A stretch of DNA of 64,000 bases, taken from the NCBI GenBank assembly GCA_051252375.1, contig JBPOFY010000006.1, positions 32,001 through 96,000 of the forward strand. The letters run 5' to 3'. Position 1 is the stretch's first letter; each line of letters starts with the position of its first letter. The position numbers and the translations under genes were made by a program. The notes under the pieces are model-generated. The model did not search any database and had not been told where the DNA came from. It saw nothing but the letters and a program-made list of their open reading frames with translations. This document shows positions 1 to 12,300 of the stretch, piece by piece. Origin of the DNA: Opitutaceae bacterium. GTDB lineage: Bacteria; Verrucomicrobiota; Verrucomicrobiia; Opitutales; Coraliomargaritaceae.

Positions 1-1
1 A

Positions 2-202
2 CTCTTCAAGCTTCGCGATGCGGGCAACACGATCCTCATTATCGAGCATGATCTCGATGTCATCCGAATGGCAGATTGGATCCTAGAGCTCGGTCCCGAA
101 GGCGGTGACGGTGGCGGCGAGCTGGTTTTTGAGGGCGACACGATTTCGTTTCTTCAAGGTAAGGGCACGCCAACGCAGTCGGTGTTTAACCCTATTGCAT
201 AA
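2..202 (+). CDS. uvrA: Excinuclease ABC subunit A, C-terminal fragment (truncated by window edge)
   Basis: Frame 2 reads [45 protein letters not shown]..., the typical UvrA C-terminus; TAA at 200-202. Confidence 0.9.
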   Translation, partial: LFKLRDAGNTILIIEHDLDVIRMADWILELGPEGGDGGGELVFEGDTISFLQGKGTPTQSVFNPIA

Positions 203-349
203 TCCGGATTTGAGTGAATCTCTAGTGCGATAATGGTAGCGGCGCTTGTCCCCAAGCGCCATGCATCAGAGTCAGATCGGTAGGAAAGGTTGAGCTAAGC
301 TGTCTGAGATCAGCGCAACCTAGGCTGGTGGGACAATCTCTATCTTTGC

Positions 350-1291
350 TTAGATGCCTAGCATCTCCGCAACGATCCCATAGCGCAGATTATAAAAGGA
401 GTGCGTGAGCTCGCTGCGTTGGGCATGGCGTAGCACTGCTTCGATCGTGATCAACGCGGTCGGCACAATGTCGGCGCGGGCTGCGGGTAAATGAGGCACG
501 GACATTCGTTCGTGTAGGGGGAGGGCGCTGAGCCGAGCTTTTAGATCTGAGATTTCGTCAGCGGAGAGTTGGGCGCGAAAGTGATCGATGGTGGTGCCGG
601 CTTCGGCTGCGAGCACGGCGCGGGTGACGGAAAAGGCGCCGCCGGTGACAATGAGTGGGCATTCCGATGGGCTGAAATTGAAACCAGACGTGGTCAGGCA
701 GTCCTCTACGTGGCTTTGAATGGCAGTTTCAACATCGGGGCTGACTGGAATGTCTCGATCTTCAATAAAGCGCTCAGTGAGTCGAACTGCGCCTAATTGT
801 AACGAGATGGCTTGTTCGATGTGCCCGTGGTCGAAGCGAACCAATTCGAGGCTACCTCCACCGATGTCCATTTGGATAAATCGTTTCACCCCTTTGATTT
901 CGGGGTCACAAGCCAGACCTTTGCCAATGTATGTTGCTTCCTGGGTGCCACTTAGGATGCGAATGTCTAGTGCGGTGGCCTCTTTGACGGCATCGATAAA
1001 GTCTTGGCCATTCAAGGCGTCGCGCACGGCACTGGTGGCGACTATCTGGATGTCGCATGGCTGATAGAGTCGAGCGAGGCGGACCAGTTCGCTTATTGTG
1101 GCGGTTCCCGCTTGTATCGCTTTGTCGCTTAGACTGGGCAGTTCGCGGCTGATTCCAGCGCTGATGCGAGTCTCAATGGTTTCAACAAAGACGGTTTCGA
1201 CGCTATGGGGACCATTACCGGCTTTGGCGACGAGCAGTTTGATGGAGTTACTGCCGACATCGATGGCGGCGACGGTTTCGCGGGAAGACAT
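350..1291 (-). CDS. Ppx/GppA family phosphatase
   Basis: AAIDVGSNSIKL, ATSAVRDA, DIGGGSLE, LGAVRLTE motifs. Confidence 0.9.
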   Translation of the reverse strand: MSSRETVAAIDVGSNSIKLLVAKAGNGPHSVETVFVETIETRISAGISRELPSLSDKAIQAGTATISELVRLARLYQPCDIQIVATSAVRDALNGQDFIDAVKEATALDIRILSGTQEATYIGKGLACDPEIKGVKRFIQMDIGGGSLELVRFDHGHIEQAISLQLGAVRLTERFIEDRDIPVSPDVETAIQSHVEDCLTTSGFNFSPSECPLIVTGGAFSVTRAVLAAEAGTTIDHFRAQLSADEISDLKARLSALPLHERMSVPHLPAARADIVPTALITIEAVLRHAQRSELTHSFYNLRYGIVAEMLGI

Positions 1292-1410
1292 GTTTAAAAA
1301 GATCGAGTATCGCAGACTGAAGGTCGAACCCAGAATCGCTGGGAATTCCCCTTTATTGAATGTTTCCGCTTTGAAGTTGCAATGCGCGAACCATCTGATG
1401 AAAACGTGGC

Positions 1411-2445
1411 ATGTTTTATGACGAGGTAAAAGTCAGTTTGAAGGCTGGCAACGGAGGCGACGGCTGTTTCAGTTTTCGCCGTGGCAAATATGAACCCAAA
1501 GGCGGCCCTGATGGCGGCTGTGGCGGAAGGGGCGGTAATGTCTACATCGAGGGTGATACCAATGTGGCGGATTTGACTGCATACCACTTTAAACCTGGAT
1601 GGAAGGCCAAGAATGGCGAACCGGGCCGTGGAGCCGATCAACATGGTGCCAATGGTGACGATTTTGTGGTTAAAGTGCCTGTGGGCACCATCTTGGTCGA
1701 CCGCGAGACCAGTGATCCTGTTGCTGAGGTGCTCAAGCACGGTGATAAAGTGCTGATCCTCGAAGGAGGTAATGGTGGTCGAGGCAATGCCGAGTTTAAA
1801 TCGTCTACTAATCAAGCGCCACGTCAGTTCACTCTGGGTAAGCCGGGTGAAGAGGGCGATTTCCGTCTGATTATTAAGACAATTGCCGATGTGGGTCTGA
1901 TCGGTTTCCCGAACGCGGGAAAATCGACACTACTGAATATGGTGACCAATGCGCATCCGAAGACCGGAGCTTATCCGTTCACCACGATGTTTCCGACGGT
2001 TGGCGTCTTAGAGTATCCAGAGCAATACGAGCGAATCACTGTCGCCGACATTCCTGGTTTGATTGAAGGCGCGAGCGAAAACCGTGGCCTAGGGCACCGC
2101 TTCCTCAAGCACGTGGAGCGCTGTAAAGTGCTGCTCATCATGCTCGATATGAATGGGACAGACGGTCGTGAGCCGATTGCTGATTACCGAGTGCTAATTA
2201 ATGAATTAAAACTCTACATGCCTGGGTTGATAAAAAAGCCGGTTCTCATCGCAGCCAATAAAATGGATGAGCCAGATGCGCCCGAAAACCTGAAAGCATT
2301 CAAGGCTAAGATTAAAGAGAAGGTCTACCCGATCTCTTGTGTCTCTGATGAAGGTTTTGAGGAACTGCAGCAGGCTCTTTTGACTGAAGTGCTCGGTTTT
2401 CGCCAAGCTGAAGCAGAGCTGGAAGCCGAAGACGACGAATCATAA
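1411..2445 (+). CDS. obgE: Obg family GTPase
   Basis: Gly-rich Obg fold, [21 protein letters not shown]. Confidence 0.97.
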   Translation: MFYDEVKVSLKAGNGGDGCFSFRRGKYEPKGGPDGGCGGRGGNVYIEGDTNVADLTAYHFKPGWKAKNGEPGRGADQHGANGDDFVVKVPVGTILVDRETSDPVAEVLKHGDKVLILEGGNGGRGNAEFKSSTNQAPRQFTLGKPGEEGDFRLIIKTIADVGLIGFPNAGKSTLLNMVTNAHPKTGAYPFTTMFPTVGVLEYPEQYERITVADIPGLIEGASENRGLGHRFLKHVERCKVLLIMLDMNGTDGREPIADYRVLINELKLYMPGLIKKPVLIAANKMDEPDAPENLKAFKAKIKEKVYPISCVSDEGFEELQQALLTEVLGFRQAEAELEAEDDES

Positions 2446-2524
2446 GTTGAATGTGAGTCCAAAATCCTTTTTTGTGCTCACATATAGCTGATCTACTACT
2501 AGGTCAGTTGCACGACCTGATTCT

Positions 2525-4171
2525 ATGACTGCCCCGACCATTCTCGACCTCGACGAAAGCCAGTTTCAAAGTAAGCCAGAACTTAAAAGTCATTTGGCCT
2601 ATCAAAGCTTTTTGGCATTAGCTAAAAAACCGGGTCGAGTCATCATCGTGGATCGCACGCTACAAAGGCGTGAAATGAAGTCGGGCTTTTTGCTATCGGC
2701 TTCGTGGCTACTTTCGAAACGAGTCAAAACTTGGACGGACAAGCCGCGCGTGGGTATCCTGTTTCCGCCCGGCTTGGGTGGCTACATCGCCAACTTGGCT
2801 GTTGTTATGGCGGGAAAGGTGCCGGTCAATTTGAATTTCACGCTAGGTCATAGCAGCGCTGAGGCTTGCATACGAAAGGCGGATATTGACTGCCTGATTT
2901 CAACCGAGCGTGTGCAGACGAAAATGCCCGCTTTCCCATGGCCCGAAACCGGAGTGGTGGACATGGTAGAGGAGCTGAAGTCGCTGCCACGTATGCGGGC
3001 GATCGGTCTCTTGGCAGCCATGTATGTGATGCCGGCCCGATGGTTGGCTAAGTGGTTGAAGGTGCCTTCCAAGGGGGATCATGCGGAAGCGGCTTTACTC
3101 TTTACCAGCGGCAGCTCCGGTGAGCCGAAGGGCGTGGTGCTTTCGCACCGTAATATCTTGGGTAATTGCGCGCAGGTGGACGCTTCGGGTTTGTTGCCAG
3201 TGGATGAGAAGCTCATCGCGAATCTTCCAATTTTCCATAGCTTTGGCTTCACTGTCACGCTGTGGTATCCGCTGCTTCGTGGTTGTGGTGTAGTGACTTT
3301 GCCGTCGCCTTTGGATGTGAAGAAAACTGCTGAAGCCATCGCTGAAGAGGGCGCTACCATACTGCTAGGCACACCAACATTTTTGAAGCCCTACTTGAAA
3401 CGCGCGAAGCCTGAACAGCTCAGTTCGTTGAAATACATTATCGCAGGCGCAGAAAAAACACCCGACGGACTTGCTGATCTTTGGGAGCAGACATTCGGGA
3501 GCTTGTATTTGGAAGGTTATGGTCTAACCGAGACCGCTCCTGTGGTGAGCGTGAATTTACCGCACCCGCCGAAGGGCGTGCAATATCCTGGTGATTCGAT
3601 TGAGGGTAATCGCCGTGGGTCGGTGGGTCGTCCGATGCCTGGGCATGCGGCACGTATCCTACATCCGGATACACGTGTCGAGTTACCTATTAATGAAGTG
3701 GGCTTGTTGCTGCTTAAAGGTCCGAATATCTTTAGTGCCTATTTAGATGAACCTGATCGCACCGCACAGGTGAAAGAGGGTGATTGGTTTATTACTGGCG
3801 ACCTCGCGCGTTTTGACGCAGATGGTTTCCTCTATATTGAAGGGCGGCTCTCTCGATTCTCTAAAATCGGCGGCGAAATGGTGCCGCACGGCACGGTCGA
3901 GCAGGCCTTGTTTGTAGCCTATGATTTACTCGATTCGGAATTCCCCATGCTCGCCGTGGCAGGACGTCCGGACGACGCCAAAGGCGAAGCATTGGTTCTG
4001 ATTGTCGCGGAGGATTTGAACGTTGAGCTCGTGGATGTTCGCCAACGCCTGACGGCAGCCGGCATGCCCAATCTTTGGATTCCAAAAGTCATCAAACCAG
4101 TGGCGATTATTCCCACTTTAGTGACTGGGAAGCTCGACTTGAAAGCGATCCAGTTGCTGGCGTTGGAGTAG
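2525..4171 (+). CDS. Aas-like acyl-ACP synthetase (AMP-binding domain only)
   Basis: [36 protein letters not shown]. Confidence 0.85.
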   Translation: MTAPTILDLDESQFQSKPELKSHLAYQSFLALAKKPGRVIIVDRTLQRREMKSGFLLSASWLLSKRVKTWTDKPRVGILFPPGLGGYIANLAVVMAGKVPVNLNFTLGHSSAEACIRKADIDCLISTERVQTKMPAFPWPETGVVDMVEELKSLPRMRAIGLLAAMYVMPARWLAKWLKVPSKGDHAEAALLFTSGSSGEPKGVVLSHRNILGNCAQVDASGLLPVDEKLIANLPIFHSFGFTVTLWYPLLRGCGVVTLPSPLDVKKTAEAIAEEGATILLGTPTFLKPYLKRAKPEQLSSLKYIIAGAEKTPDGLADLWEQTFGSLYLEGYGLTETAPVVSVNLPHPPKGVQYPGDSIEGNRRGSVGRPMPGHAARILHPDTRVELPINEVGLLLLKGPNIFSAYLDEPDRTAQVKEGDWFITGDLARFDADGFLYIEGRLSRFSKIGGEMVPHGTVEQALFVAYDLLDSEFPMLAVAGRPDDAKGEALVLIVAEDLNVELVDVRQRLTAAGMPNLWIPKVIKPVAIIPTLVTGKLDLKAIQLLALE

Positions 4172-4200
4172 ATCCAAATGACTGCAGCACTGGTTGCCGC

Positions 4201-4836
4201 TTAATTTTCGATTTTGAATAAAGTGCCGCCGAGGCTGCGTGGTTTCATTTCAGAATCCACGGCGTCTTCTTCGGAGACAATCTGACCCGCTTCAAAAAAA
4301 GCAGGCTCTTTCAACCAGTGTTTTTTGAGTTCGTCGTGAAGATCGAGTAGTTCCTGTCGGCTGGAAAGTCGGTATTCAACTGTGTGAGCGTGGGTGGCGA
4401 TCGGGTAGTCTTTGATGACCGTGGAACTTGTCATCGCCTCTTGCGCACCAGCTGCCCGATCCGCGAGCTGTTGGATTTGGGGAGGCAAAGGTTTTTGAAT
4501 GATGGAGCTCGGCGCTCCAGCCGCCGCGGCGCCATCAGCCAGTGCAGCCTGTATTTCGGCGGGTTTAACTGTGCGACTGTGGTAAATGCGTGTGAGTGCA
4601 CTGCTGCTGGTGACTATGTTCAACTCAATCACATTGTAATTACCTGTGATGTATTGCTGTAGCGAAATAGACATCACTGTTTTTTCTTGAGCAAGAAAGG
4701 AACGGCCAGCTTCTGGGAATTCGATGCCGAAGATGGCTTTGTTGCGGACGCCTTTTGAATCGACGGTGACCGCAGATACAGCGGTCACGGAGCTGGCTAA
4801 AAGAGCAAGTAGGGTAATTTTGTTAAAAAGGGACAT
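4201..4836 (-). CDS. Hypothetical exported protein
   Basis: ORF; start moved to MSLFNK..., which begins a signal-peptide-like segment and avoids overlap with the divergent ABC gene. Confidence 0.65.
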   Translation of the reverse strand: MSLFNKITLLALLASSVTAVSAVTVDSKGVRNKAIFGIEFPEAGRSFLAQEKTVMSISLQQYITGNYNVIELNIVTSSSALTRIYHSRTVKPAEIQAALADGAAAAGAPSSIIQKPLPPQIQQLADRAAGAQEAMTSSTVIKDYPIATHAHTVEYRLSSRQELLDLHDELKKHWLKEPAFFEAGQIVSEEDAVDSEMKPRSLGGTLFKIEN

Positions 4837-4889
4837 GATGATGAATATGCTGGTCTTTCTATCGTGTGCAAAAGTAATTTGTTGCACAC

Positions 4890-6563
4890 ATGTTATCTTG
4901 TAAAGAATTGTCCGTTGAGATTGGCCCCCAGAAGGTGCGCATCCTTGATCGTGCAACTGCACAATTTAAAGGGAATGCCTTGAATGCTGTGATCGGTCCG
5001 TCGGGTTGTGGTAAGACTACTTTGGTCAAGGCGATGCTAGGCATTTTACCGGGCGAGGGTGAGGTCTATTATGATGGTGAAGCCATTCACGACAGTGCTG
5101 ATTTTCAAGGTAAACTTTCTTTTGCGCCTCAGTTCAGTATTGCGCACGAGTTATTGAAGGTGGAAGAGGCCTTGCGCTATGCGTTGGATCTTTGCGTGGT
5201 TGATACGACTGTCAAAGCCGAGCGCTTGGAGGAAATTTTGCGCCGCACGGGCTTGACTGAACACCGCGAAAAACGAGTGGATAGTCTAAGTGGTGGTCAA
5301 TTGCGACGACTCGGCTTGGGGCTGGAGTTGGTGGGTGATCCGCAAACGATGGTTTGTGACGAGGTGACTAGCGGCTTAGACCCTCGCTCTGAGGATCAAA
5401 TCCTGACTGTGCTTCAGCGCTTACGCGATGATCGGGCGAAGAGCTTTATTTGTATTATTCATAATTTAGCCAAGCTGGAGTTCTTTGATTGGATTACAGT
5501 CGTATATGAAGGCGATGTCGTTTTCCAGGGCACCTTGGATGCACTGAATGCCTATTTCAATATTCCCGATGCGCTCCACCTTTATGACCGACTGAACGAG
5601 CAACCGATTAATGTGTGGCGTCAGCGTTGGTCGGAGTCCAAGCAAACCGCTGAGAGTGCGGAAGAGGTGCCACCACCGGAGCCCGGAGCTGCACCAAAAC
5701 TATTAGCAAGACCCAGCGCGCTGAGTCAGACACTGACATTACTGCGTCGTAAAGCGGTTTTATTTAAGCGCGATCGTGGCTATTGGTTACTCACCTTGGG
5801 CATCACCTTGGGGTTTCCATTGCTTGTGACGATCTTCGCGATGGATGGCTTACCGCAGCTGCGCGGTATGGCGATGAACTCGGCGGGCGGCTTTTTGGAG
5901 CAGATGCAGGATAATTTGCGCTTTCGAATCGACGCGTTGGAAACGGCATCGTTGGTCACGGGCTTGATTCTCTTTCAGGTGATCTTGTTGACCTTGATGG
6001 GCAGTAATAATGGTGCCCGTGAGATTGCTGGAGAGCGCGATCTGTATGAAAAGGAACGTTTTGCCGGCTTGAATCCACATGCTTACGCAACGAGCAAATT
6101 GCTCTTTACCTCAGCGATTGCCTTGGGGCAAGGGGTGTGGATGACGCTTTTTGTGAAGTTGATTTGTGAGTTTCCCGGGCCCTGGATGCCACAAACGCTG
6201 ATCTTGATCTTGAGCTGCGTATCGATGACCGCGGTGTGTCTTGGTTTCTCTGCAATCTTTAGTTCGGCGGACAAGGCTTCATTGCTCTCGGTCTATTTGG
6301 TCGGCTTTCAGTTGCCGTTATCGGGGATCGTGTTGGCTTTGCCCGATGCTTTGGTTTGGATCTGCCGCCCCTTTATCAATGCATATTGGGGTTGGGCCGG
6401 ATATTTTGGCTCGATGATAGAGACTCGATTCTATGATGCCTACCGCTTGGAGACCACGGAAGCAGTCCCCAGCCCGACGATGGCAGTCATCGTCTTGCTT
6501 TTGCATTTTATGGTAGGTGCGGCTATGGTGTTTTGGGGTTGCCAGAGAAAACGCTGGGTTTAA
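4890..6563 (+). CDS. ABC transporter, fused ATPase + ABC-2 permease (ABCG-like)
   Basis: [24 protein letters not shown]-terminal TM helices. Confidence 0.9.
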   Translation: MLSCKELSVEIGPQKVRILDRATAQFKGNALNAVIGPSGCGKTTLVKAMLGILPGEGEVYYDGEAIHDSADFQGKLSFAPQFSIAHELLKVEEALRYALDLCVVDTTVKAERLEEILRRTGLTEHREKRVDSLSGGQLRRLGLGLELVGDPQTMVCDEVTSGLDPRSEDQILTVLQRLRDDRAKSFICIIHNLAKLEFFDWITVVYEGDVVFQGTLDALNAYFNIPDALHLYDRLNEQPINVWRQRWSESKQTAESAEEVPPPEPGAAPKLLARPSALSQTLTLLRRKAVLFKRDRGYWLLTLGITLGFPLLVTIFAMDGLPQLRGMAMNSAGGFLEQMQDNLRFRIDALETASLVTGLILFQVILLTLMGSNNGAREIAGERDLYEKERFAGLNPHAYATSKLLFTSAIALGQGVWMTLFVKLICEFPGPWMPQTLILILSCVSMTAVCLGFSAIFSSADKASLLSVYLVGFQLPLSGIVLALPDALVWICRPFINAYWGWAGYFGSMIETRFYDAYRLETTEAVPSPTMAVIVLLLHFMVGAAMVFWGCQRKRWV

Positions 6564-6605
6564 CCCTTTTCTGCAACTATTGATAACATTTCCCGTTTCA
6601 TATCT

Positions 6606-6995
6606 ATGCCCCTATCTTTACACAAAACTGCTGGTAAAATACTGCCGCTCTTAATTGTAGGCATTGTCCTCTTGATTGGGGGCGCTGTTTATTTTCTGAA
6701 GAAAGGCAGTGCCTTCTCAAATTTAGAGCCTCTGCCAGCTGAACAATACCTGAATAAGCCAGCCGACTTTTTAGGTAATGATTATGCCATCCGTGCGCAG
6801 ATTGATTCGCAGATCAATTGGCAAAAAGGGTTGGGGCGTATTTTAGCGGTTACACCAGAAGGCAGCTCGATGCGTTTGCCAGTGTTTGTGCCGGAAAGTG
6901 TCGGCGGTAATATTCATATAGGGCAACGCTTTGAAATGCGTGTTCGAATCGAAGAAGGAGGGCTGATCTATGTTGAAGCGTTACGTAAGTATTAG
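6606..6995 (+). CDS. Hypothetical membrane-anchored protein
   Basis: N-terminal TM helix; co-oriented with neighbours. Confidence 0.7.
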   Translation: MPLSLHKTAGKILPLLIVGIVLLIGGAVYFLKKGSAFSNLEPLPAEQYLNKPADFLGNDYAIRAQIDSQINWQKGLGRILAVTPEGSSMRLPVFVPESVGGNIHIGQRFEMRVRIEEGGLIYVEALRKY

Positions 6996-8898
6996 TCTAG
7001 GGTTGTCGGTCGCATGTCTGGCCGTCTCAGGGCAGGGGATGCCATCATCGCCAACACCTACAGCGCCCGTTGCTCAAATGGGTGGCTCTGCGCCAACAAG
7101 TGGTCTCTTTGAGAGCAATACCTTTTTGGAATCTGCAAACCGAGTGTTTGATCCAAGCAGTGATTCGATGGATTTTGAGGATGGGAGTTTTGTCTGGAAG
7201 GGACGCTCTTTTAATCTGACCGAGCAACGTGCATTCCGTGCGCGTTTCGAACGATTCCTCCTGTCTTCACCAAGTGATGATGAAGAGCAGTATGCGCAGT
7301 TGATGGACGACATTTTAGATCGCTTATCGGTTGCAAACAACAATACCGACGAGGCAATGTTTGATACTTGGGAACTCCTGTTTCGTGCTTCACGATTCGA
7401 GTCGGATGGTGGCAATAGTATCGTCCTAGCCAATCAAGTGTTCAACGCTTGGCGTATTCGTAAGGAAAGCCGAGGCACTGCTATGTCCCAGCGTGAACTC
7501 GAGCAAATCCGTGTAACACAGCAAGAGATTGTGGCCAACCGTGCCTCTACCTTGCGCCGTATTCGTGAAAATCGCTTAAAGCAAACCAGCGTATCGAATC
7601 GCGACGAGAACGAGACTAAAGTCGATCCCGATTCTGCACTGACTTCGGAAGACGCTTTTCGCGCGTTGGACTTAGCTGAAACCGAAGCAAAGATTGTGGC
7701 CCTCGAAGCACAGACTGCACTCACTGGCATACAGGCAAAGATTCAGTTCCAGAGCCAAATCGTCAGCTTCTTTATGCAGCGCCGTTTTCAGCACGCTTTG
7801 ATCTTGTCGAGTTTCTATCAGCTGATCTTTAAAGGATCGCAGCAACAGCTTGAAGTCGGCAAAGACGAATTGACCGCCTTCTTCCCGAATTCCGATCTGA
7901 CTTTCACAGTCGATACGATGTCATTCATATCACGTGAGGCGATCAATGATGTAAACAAGGGCGTCGAATCAGTGAACTCAGCTTACGCCGAGGAACGCTC
8001 GATGATTGCGCTCGAACGCTTGCAGGAAACATTCTTCCTTGGCGAGTATTTGCCTGAGTTGAATCGTATACCGACTGAGCAACGTCGTCATATGTTGGAC
8101 CTATACCGAGGTATGATTGAGGCCGGTGAGTTGGCCGAGTCGAAGGACTACGCAGGAGTCGGTGAATTGGTTGATTCTATTTCCCAATTGGCAAAGGATT
8201 TTCCAAAGTCTCGTATCATGTCTAGTTTAGAATCCGCCAAGAGCGCGAGTGACATGGCAGTATTTGCAGCCTCTCAATATCGAAATTTAGGAGATATTGA
8301 TCAGGCTAGAGCCGAACTCCAAACTGCGATGGAGATTTGGCCTTTAAATCCTGCTATCCGCGATTTTCAGCAAGAAACTACGAAATTAGCCACATCCAGT
8401 TCTCAAGGTGTTCAGGTGTTTGATGATCTGATGAAGCGCGAAGATGCCCGCGGCATTTACGAGCGCCGCTTGGAACTTGGTTTTGCACTGTCTGATGATG
8501 AAGCCCGTCGCCCATTACTTCTGGAAGTTGTCGATCAAGTGGCTCGTATTGAGTTGTTGGTCAAACAGTCGGAGGAATTGGTGAAGCAGGGGAATCCATA
8601 TGCCGCTTGGGAAATGTTGGCTGAGGCTGCGAAGATCGGTCCTGACGATGGTCCATTGAATCGTGCACGTGCTGACCTGGCTCCACGAGTAGCCGACTTT
8701 GTTCGCTATCTGGATCGGGCCGACCGTCAAACGGAAGACAGTCAATACGCCGCCGCTTTGGCTGCTTATTTGATGGCGCAGGATGTCTATCCAGCTAGCC
8801 GACTTTGCCGAGAAGGTGTGGATCGCACGGCCGCTTTGTTGATGTCCGTCCTGGGTAAGAATGCTGCTGCAGTGGAAGTGCCTGAAACGGTGGAGTGA
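6970..8898 (+). CDS. Hypothetical exported helical (TPR-like) protein
   Basis: 642-aa ORF, signal-peptide-like N-terminus, helical repeat-like C-terminal half. Confidence 0.7.
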   Translation: MLKRYVSISLGLSVACLAVSGQGMPSSPTPTAPVAQMGGSAPTSGLFESNTFLESANRVFDPSSDSMDFEDGSFVWKGRSFNLTEQRAFRARFERFLLSSPSDDEEQYAQLMDDILDRLSVANNNTDEAMFDTWELLFRASRFESDGGNSIVLANQVFNAWRIRKESRGTAMSQRELEQIRVTQQEIVANRASTLRRIRENRLKQTSVSNRDENETKVDPDSALTSEDAFRALDLAETEAKIVALEAQTALTGIQAKIQFQSQIVSFFMQRRFQHALILSSFYQLIFKGSQQQLEVGKDELTAFFPNSDLTFTVDTMSFISREAINDVNKGVESVNSAYAEERSMIALERLQETFFLGEYLPELNRIPTEQRRHMLDLYRGMIEAGELAESKDYAGVGELVDSISQLAKDFPKSRIMSSLESAKSASDMAVFAASQYRNLGDIDQARAELQTAMEIWPLNPAIRDFQQETTKLATSSSQGVQVFDDLMKREDARGIYERRLELGFALSDDEARRPLLLEVVDQVARIELLVKQSEELVKQGNPYAAWEMLAEAAKIGPDDGPLNRARADLAPRVADFVRYLDRADRQTEDSQYAAALAAYLMAQDVYPASRLCREGVDRTAALLMSVLGKNAAAVEVPETVE

Positions 8899-8950
8899 TT
8901 TAGTTTATTTCGTTACCCGTCTCGGTCTGCGGTAGGACGAATTTCAGGAG

Positions 8951-9181
8951 TTAACGCGCTCTTTCACCGTAGAGAAATATCCGATCGCAGCCAGCGCATT
9001 TATAGCCACAGACGTCACCACTGCGTGGGACCTTTCGATTGATCATAGATGGCTTCGCGCTGATTGACGCAAATCCTAAGGTTACGTGGTAGCCAGTAGG
9101 GTTGGTAGAGTCCAGTAGCCGAATTTTAGCCAAGTTGCCGCCACAGTCAGGGCATAGCTTTGTGTCTTTTGGTGTGCTCAT
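8951..9181 (-). CDS. Small Zn-ribbon-like hypothetical protein
   Basis: CPDCG...CAGC cysteine pairs. Confidence 0.55.
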   Translation of the reverse strand: MSTPKDTKLCPDCGGNLAKIRLLDSTNPTGYHVTLGFASISAKPSMINRKVPRSGDVCGYKCAGCDRIFLYGERAR

Positions 9182-9211
9182 ACTAGTTGTGGGTTGGAAT
9201 GTGAGACTGTG

Positions 9212-9589
9212 CTAACGAATCTGGGATTCGTAGGTATTGTTTAATAGATCGAATAAATTGCCGTCTGGGTCGGCGATGGTGACCACTCGACCTCCCCATG
9301 ACTCGTCGCGCACTTCGCCGTTGAACTTCACTCCTTTTGCTTTCAACGCTGCATGAAGGCTGTCGACGTCTTTAACGTAGAGTTGAAGCCCTGAATGTGC
9401 TCGGTTGAATGGTTTTTGCCATTCGTAGAGGTGGATGCCAAAGCCTTTCACGTCAAAATGTGCAAAGCGTGAAAAATGGTCAGTGCCTTCTTTGATGATT
9501 GGGAGACCGAGGAGGTCACGATAAAAAGCTACGGAAGCCTCAAAGTCTGAGGCAGGAAAGGCAACAAATCCTGCTTTTTCTATATGCAT
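9212..9589 (-). CDS. VOC/glyoxalase family protein
   Basis: FYRDLLGL, WGGR...DPDGN motifs. Confidence 0.9.
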   Translation of the reverse strand: MHIEKAGFVAFPASDFEASVAFYRDLLGLPIIKEGTDHFSRFAHFDVKGFGIHLYEWQKPFNRAHSGLQLYVKDVDSLHAALKAKGVKFNGEVRDESWGGRVVTIADPDGNLFDLLNNTYESQIR

Positions 9590-9720
9590 GGCAATGTCGT
9601 AGAATGGGGAATCTTAAGCCTTTGGTCGAGGGATAATACGAGAGCTGAAAGATATTTGGCACTCTTTTGGAATGAGGATTGCTCTCACGCTAAACATGCT
9701 TGGACTACAGTCCTTTTTTT

Positions 9721-12162
9721 ATGGTTAAAATAATCAACAACATTGTTCATGCATTCTGGGAGTCTGGGGATAGCGGAATTGTCATTCTAGGTAAAAACTG
9801 GACAAGCACGACTAATTTGCCGCCACTTTCACTGGGCCCAGTAAATCGCGCGTTTCGTAAAATTGAGCGTATCACTGCACAGGAGTCGGGTCGCTTTTAT
9901 CGCTATTATCGCAGCAAGCAGAGCTGGATCTTTACGATTAACTCGAGGCGCCATCCACAACTGCTGGACTCTAAGGTTCGAGTCTTTGTCGGTGGCGATT
10001 TCAATGGATGGGCGGATGCGATTGATCAAACTGAGTGGGAATTGAAGCCTGTGGCAGACTCACCGGATTCAGCGACTTATGAATTACGTGTGCCAGTAAA
10101 GGCACTGCCTGCTAAGGGTGTGTCAGCGTTTAAATTTGTGACGGAATCGGGCGATTGGCTGGATGTGCCGGATAGCGCTCCGAATCGTGTTTCTGATCCT
10201 ACGGGCGCGGCGAATTTTGAATTCAATCCCGCATGGACGGGGAAGCAGATGTTTCGCTTCTATTTACCTGAGGGCTACGAGCCCGTAGGCAATGAGCGTG
10301 TGGTCTGGAGTGATTTTAAGGGCGAGGAAGTCCACGAGTTGCCACATACTCAGTATTTGACGACCGCCGGGACAGATCTCGAATTGGGCGCGAATGTTGA
10401 AGGTGAGCGCACGACTTTTCGTTTGTTTGCACCGCGTGCAGAAGGCGTGGAAGTTGTCTTTGGTCAAAAGGTCGATGCATCCGATGCTGAGCATATCCAA
10501 ATGAAATGCGTGGACGGTGTGACTTGGGAGACCGTGATCGCAAAGAATCTGGACGGCTGGTATTACTCCTTCCGAGTGAAGGGGAATACTAAAGAAGGCA
10601 CTTCTCACTTTGATTCAACTTTTCCGATTCTCGACCCCTATGCAAAGGCCTGCCTAGGGCATAAGGGACCGGGGATTGTGGTGGCGCCTGAGCGTATGCC
10701 AAAGGTCGCCGGGCCATACCAGCCGCCATCTTGGCACGATTTAATCATTCTCGAAGGTCACGTTCGTGACTTAGCGGCGCATGCGCCGATTGACTTGACC
10801 GTGGAAGAGCGCCGAGGTTATGCAGGTCTACGTAAGTGGCTGAAAGCCGAGGGCTCTTATTTGAAGGAGATGGGGATCAATGCGATCGAGCTGCAACCAA
10901 TTCAGGAGTTTGATAACCGTAAGACCGAAGATTATCACTGGGGCTATATGACGGTGAATTACTTTTCGCCGGAAAGTAGCTATGCCAGCGAACCCGAAAA
11001 GGCTTCGCAGATCGAAGAGTTTCGCGGACTCGTGCAAGACTTTCACGATGAAGGCATCGCTGTGATTGTGGACGTAGTTTACAACCACGTTGGTGAGCCG
11101 AATCATCTGCTCTTCGTCGATAAGTATTATTACTTCAATCTCGATGAAGCCAATGATTTGCTCAACTGGAGCGGTTGTGGAAATGACCTTCGCTGTGAAA
11201 CGCCGATGGGGCGTCATTTAATTATCGAGAGTTTAAAGCATCTCGTTGAGACCTACGATATTGATGGCTTCCGGTTCGATTTGGCCGAACTGATTGGTGT
11301 CGATGTCCTGAGTGAAATCGAAGTGGAGCTGAAGAAGGTGAAACCTTCAGTGATTTTAATCGCTGAGCCATGGAGCTTCCGTGGTCATATTCAGGACGAA
11401 TTGAAAGAAACTGGCTTCGCTTCGTGGAATGATGGCTTTCGCGAATGTATCGCAGACTATGTCTGCGGAGAGAGCAGTCAGGAAACGATTCAATATTTCC
11501 TTTCCGGTTCGCCGAGCAGCACGCGTTTCGTGGCGCAGACGATTAACTACACAGAGTCGCACGACGATCATTGCTGGCTCGACCGCATTACCGAGCGCCC
11601 TGATCACAACGGAGGCGATCCCACATCGCTGGACCGTCGTCGCACGCACTTGATGGCTGCGGTGCTATTCACCTCCTTGGGTGTGCCGATGCTTGCAGAA
11701 GGGCAGGACTTCCTGCGCTCGAAGCGTGGTATTTCAAACACTTACCAGCTCGGCGATGTGAATGCGCTCGATTACAATCGACGCTATGTATTCTCCGGCA
11801 CACATGGTTACTTCCGGGATTGGATCCACTTCCGTAGATCTGATGCAGGGCGTCCATTGCGCTTCGATGGTGGTTTAACCGAAGGCTACTTAGAGTTCTT
11901 TTTCACTGAAGGATCCAGCGCGGTGATCATGTTGATCAATGCGGACAACTCGCGTCCGGGTGGTCAGCTAGTCTTCGGGCTCAATCCACATTTGGAATAT
12001 GCCAACATCGATTGCCCGACGGTCACTGCACGCTCTTTGAAACAGATCGTGGACCAAGAGCGTTTCGATTTGGATGGCCTCAAGTCGGCTCTGATTCCGT
12101 TGACCGATCATTCGATCCATCTTCCGCCACTCAGTTGTGGGCTCTGGCAAGTGGTTGAGTAG
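9721..12162 (+). CDS. GH13 pullulanase/glycogen debranching enzyme with N-terminal CBM-like modules
   Basis: [26 protein letters not shown] conserved GH13 regions. Confidence 0.9.
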   Translation: MVKIINNIVHAFWESGDSGIVILGKNWTSTTNLPPLSLGPVNRAFRKIERITAQESGRFYRYYRSKQSWIFTINSRRHPQLLDSKVRVFVGGDFNGWADAIDQTEWELKPVADSPDSATYELRVPVKALPAKGVSAFKFVTESGDWLDVPDSAPNRVSDPTGAANFEFNPAWTGKQMFRFYLPEGYEPVGNERVVWSDFKGEEVHELPHTQYLTTAGTDLELGANVEGERTTFRLFAPRAEGVEVVFGQKVDASDAEHIQMKCVDGVTWETVIAKNLDGWYYSFRVKGNTKEGTSHFDSTFPILDPYAKACLGHKGPGIVVAPERMPKVAGPYQPPSWHDLIILEGHVRDLAAHAPIDLTVEERRGYAGLRKWLKAEGSYLKEMGINAIELQPIQEFDNRKTEDYHWGYMTVNYFSPESSYASEPEKASQIEEFRGLVQDFHDEGIAVIVDVVYNHVGEPNHLLFVDKYYYFNLDEANDLLNWSGCGNDLRCETPMGRHLIIESLKHLVETYDIDGFRFDLAELIGVDVLSEIEVELKKVKPSVILIAEPWSFRGHIQDELKETGFASWNDGFRECIADYVCGESSQETIQYFLSGSPSSTRFVAQTINYTESHDDHCWLDRITERPDHNGGDPTSLDRRRTHLMAAVLFTSLGVPMLAEGQDFLRSKRGISNTYQLGDVNALDYNRRYVFSGTHGYFRDWIHFRRSDAGRPLRFDGGLTEGYLEFFFTEGSSAVIMLINADNSRPGGQLVFGLNPHLEYANIDCPTVTARSLKQIVDQERFDLDGLKSALIPLTDHSIHLPPLSCGLWQVVE

Positions 12163-12300
12163 GGCGGTATAGTGAATGTAGCCGCGTCAGTCTCCTGACG
12201 CGTTCCGATCTCCTCGGTTTGGTCGTAGACTTAGTTCAGAGATTGCACTTCGTGAAGTCGTATATTTATGTGGTTTGAAATAACCCATAAATATACGACT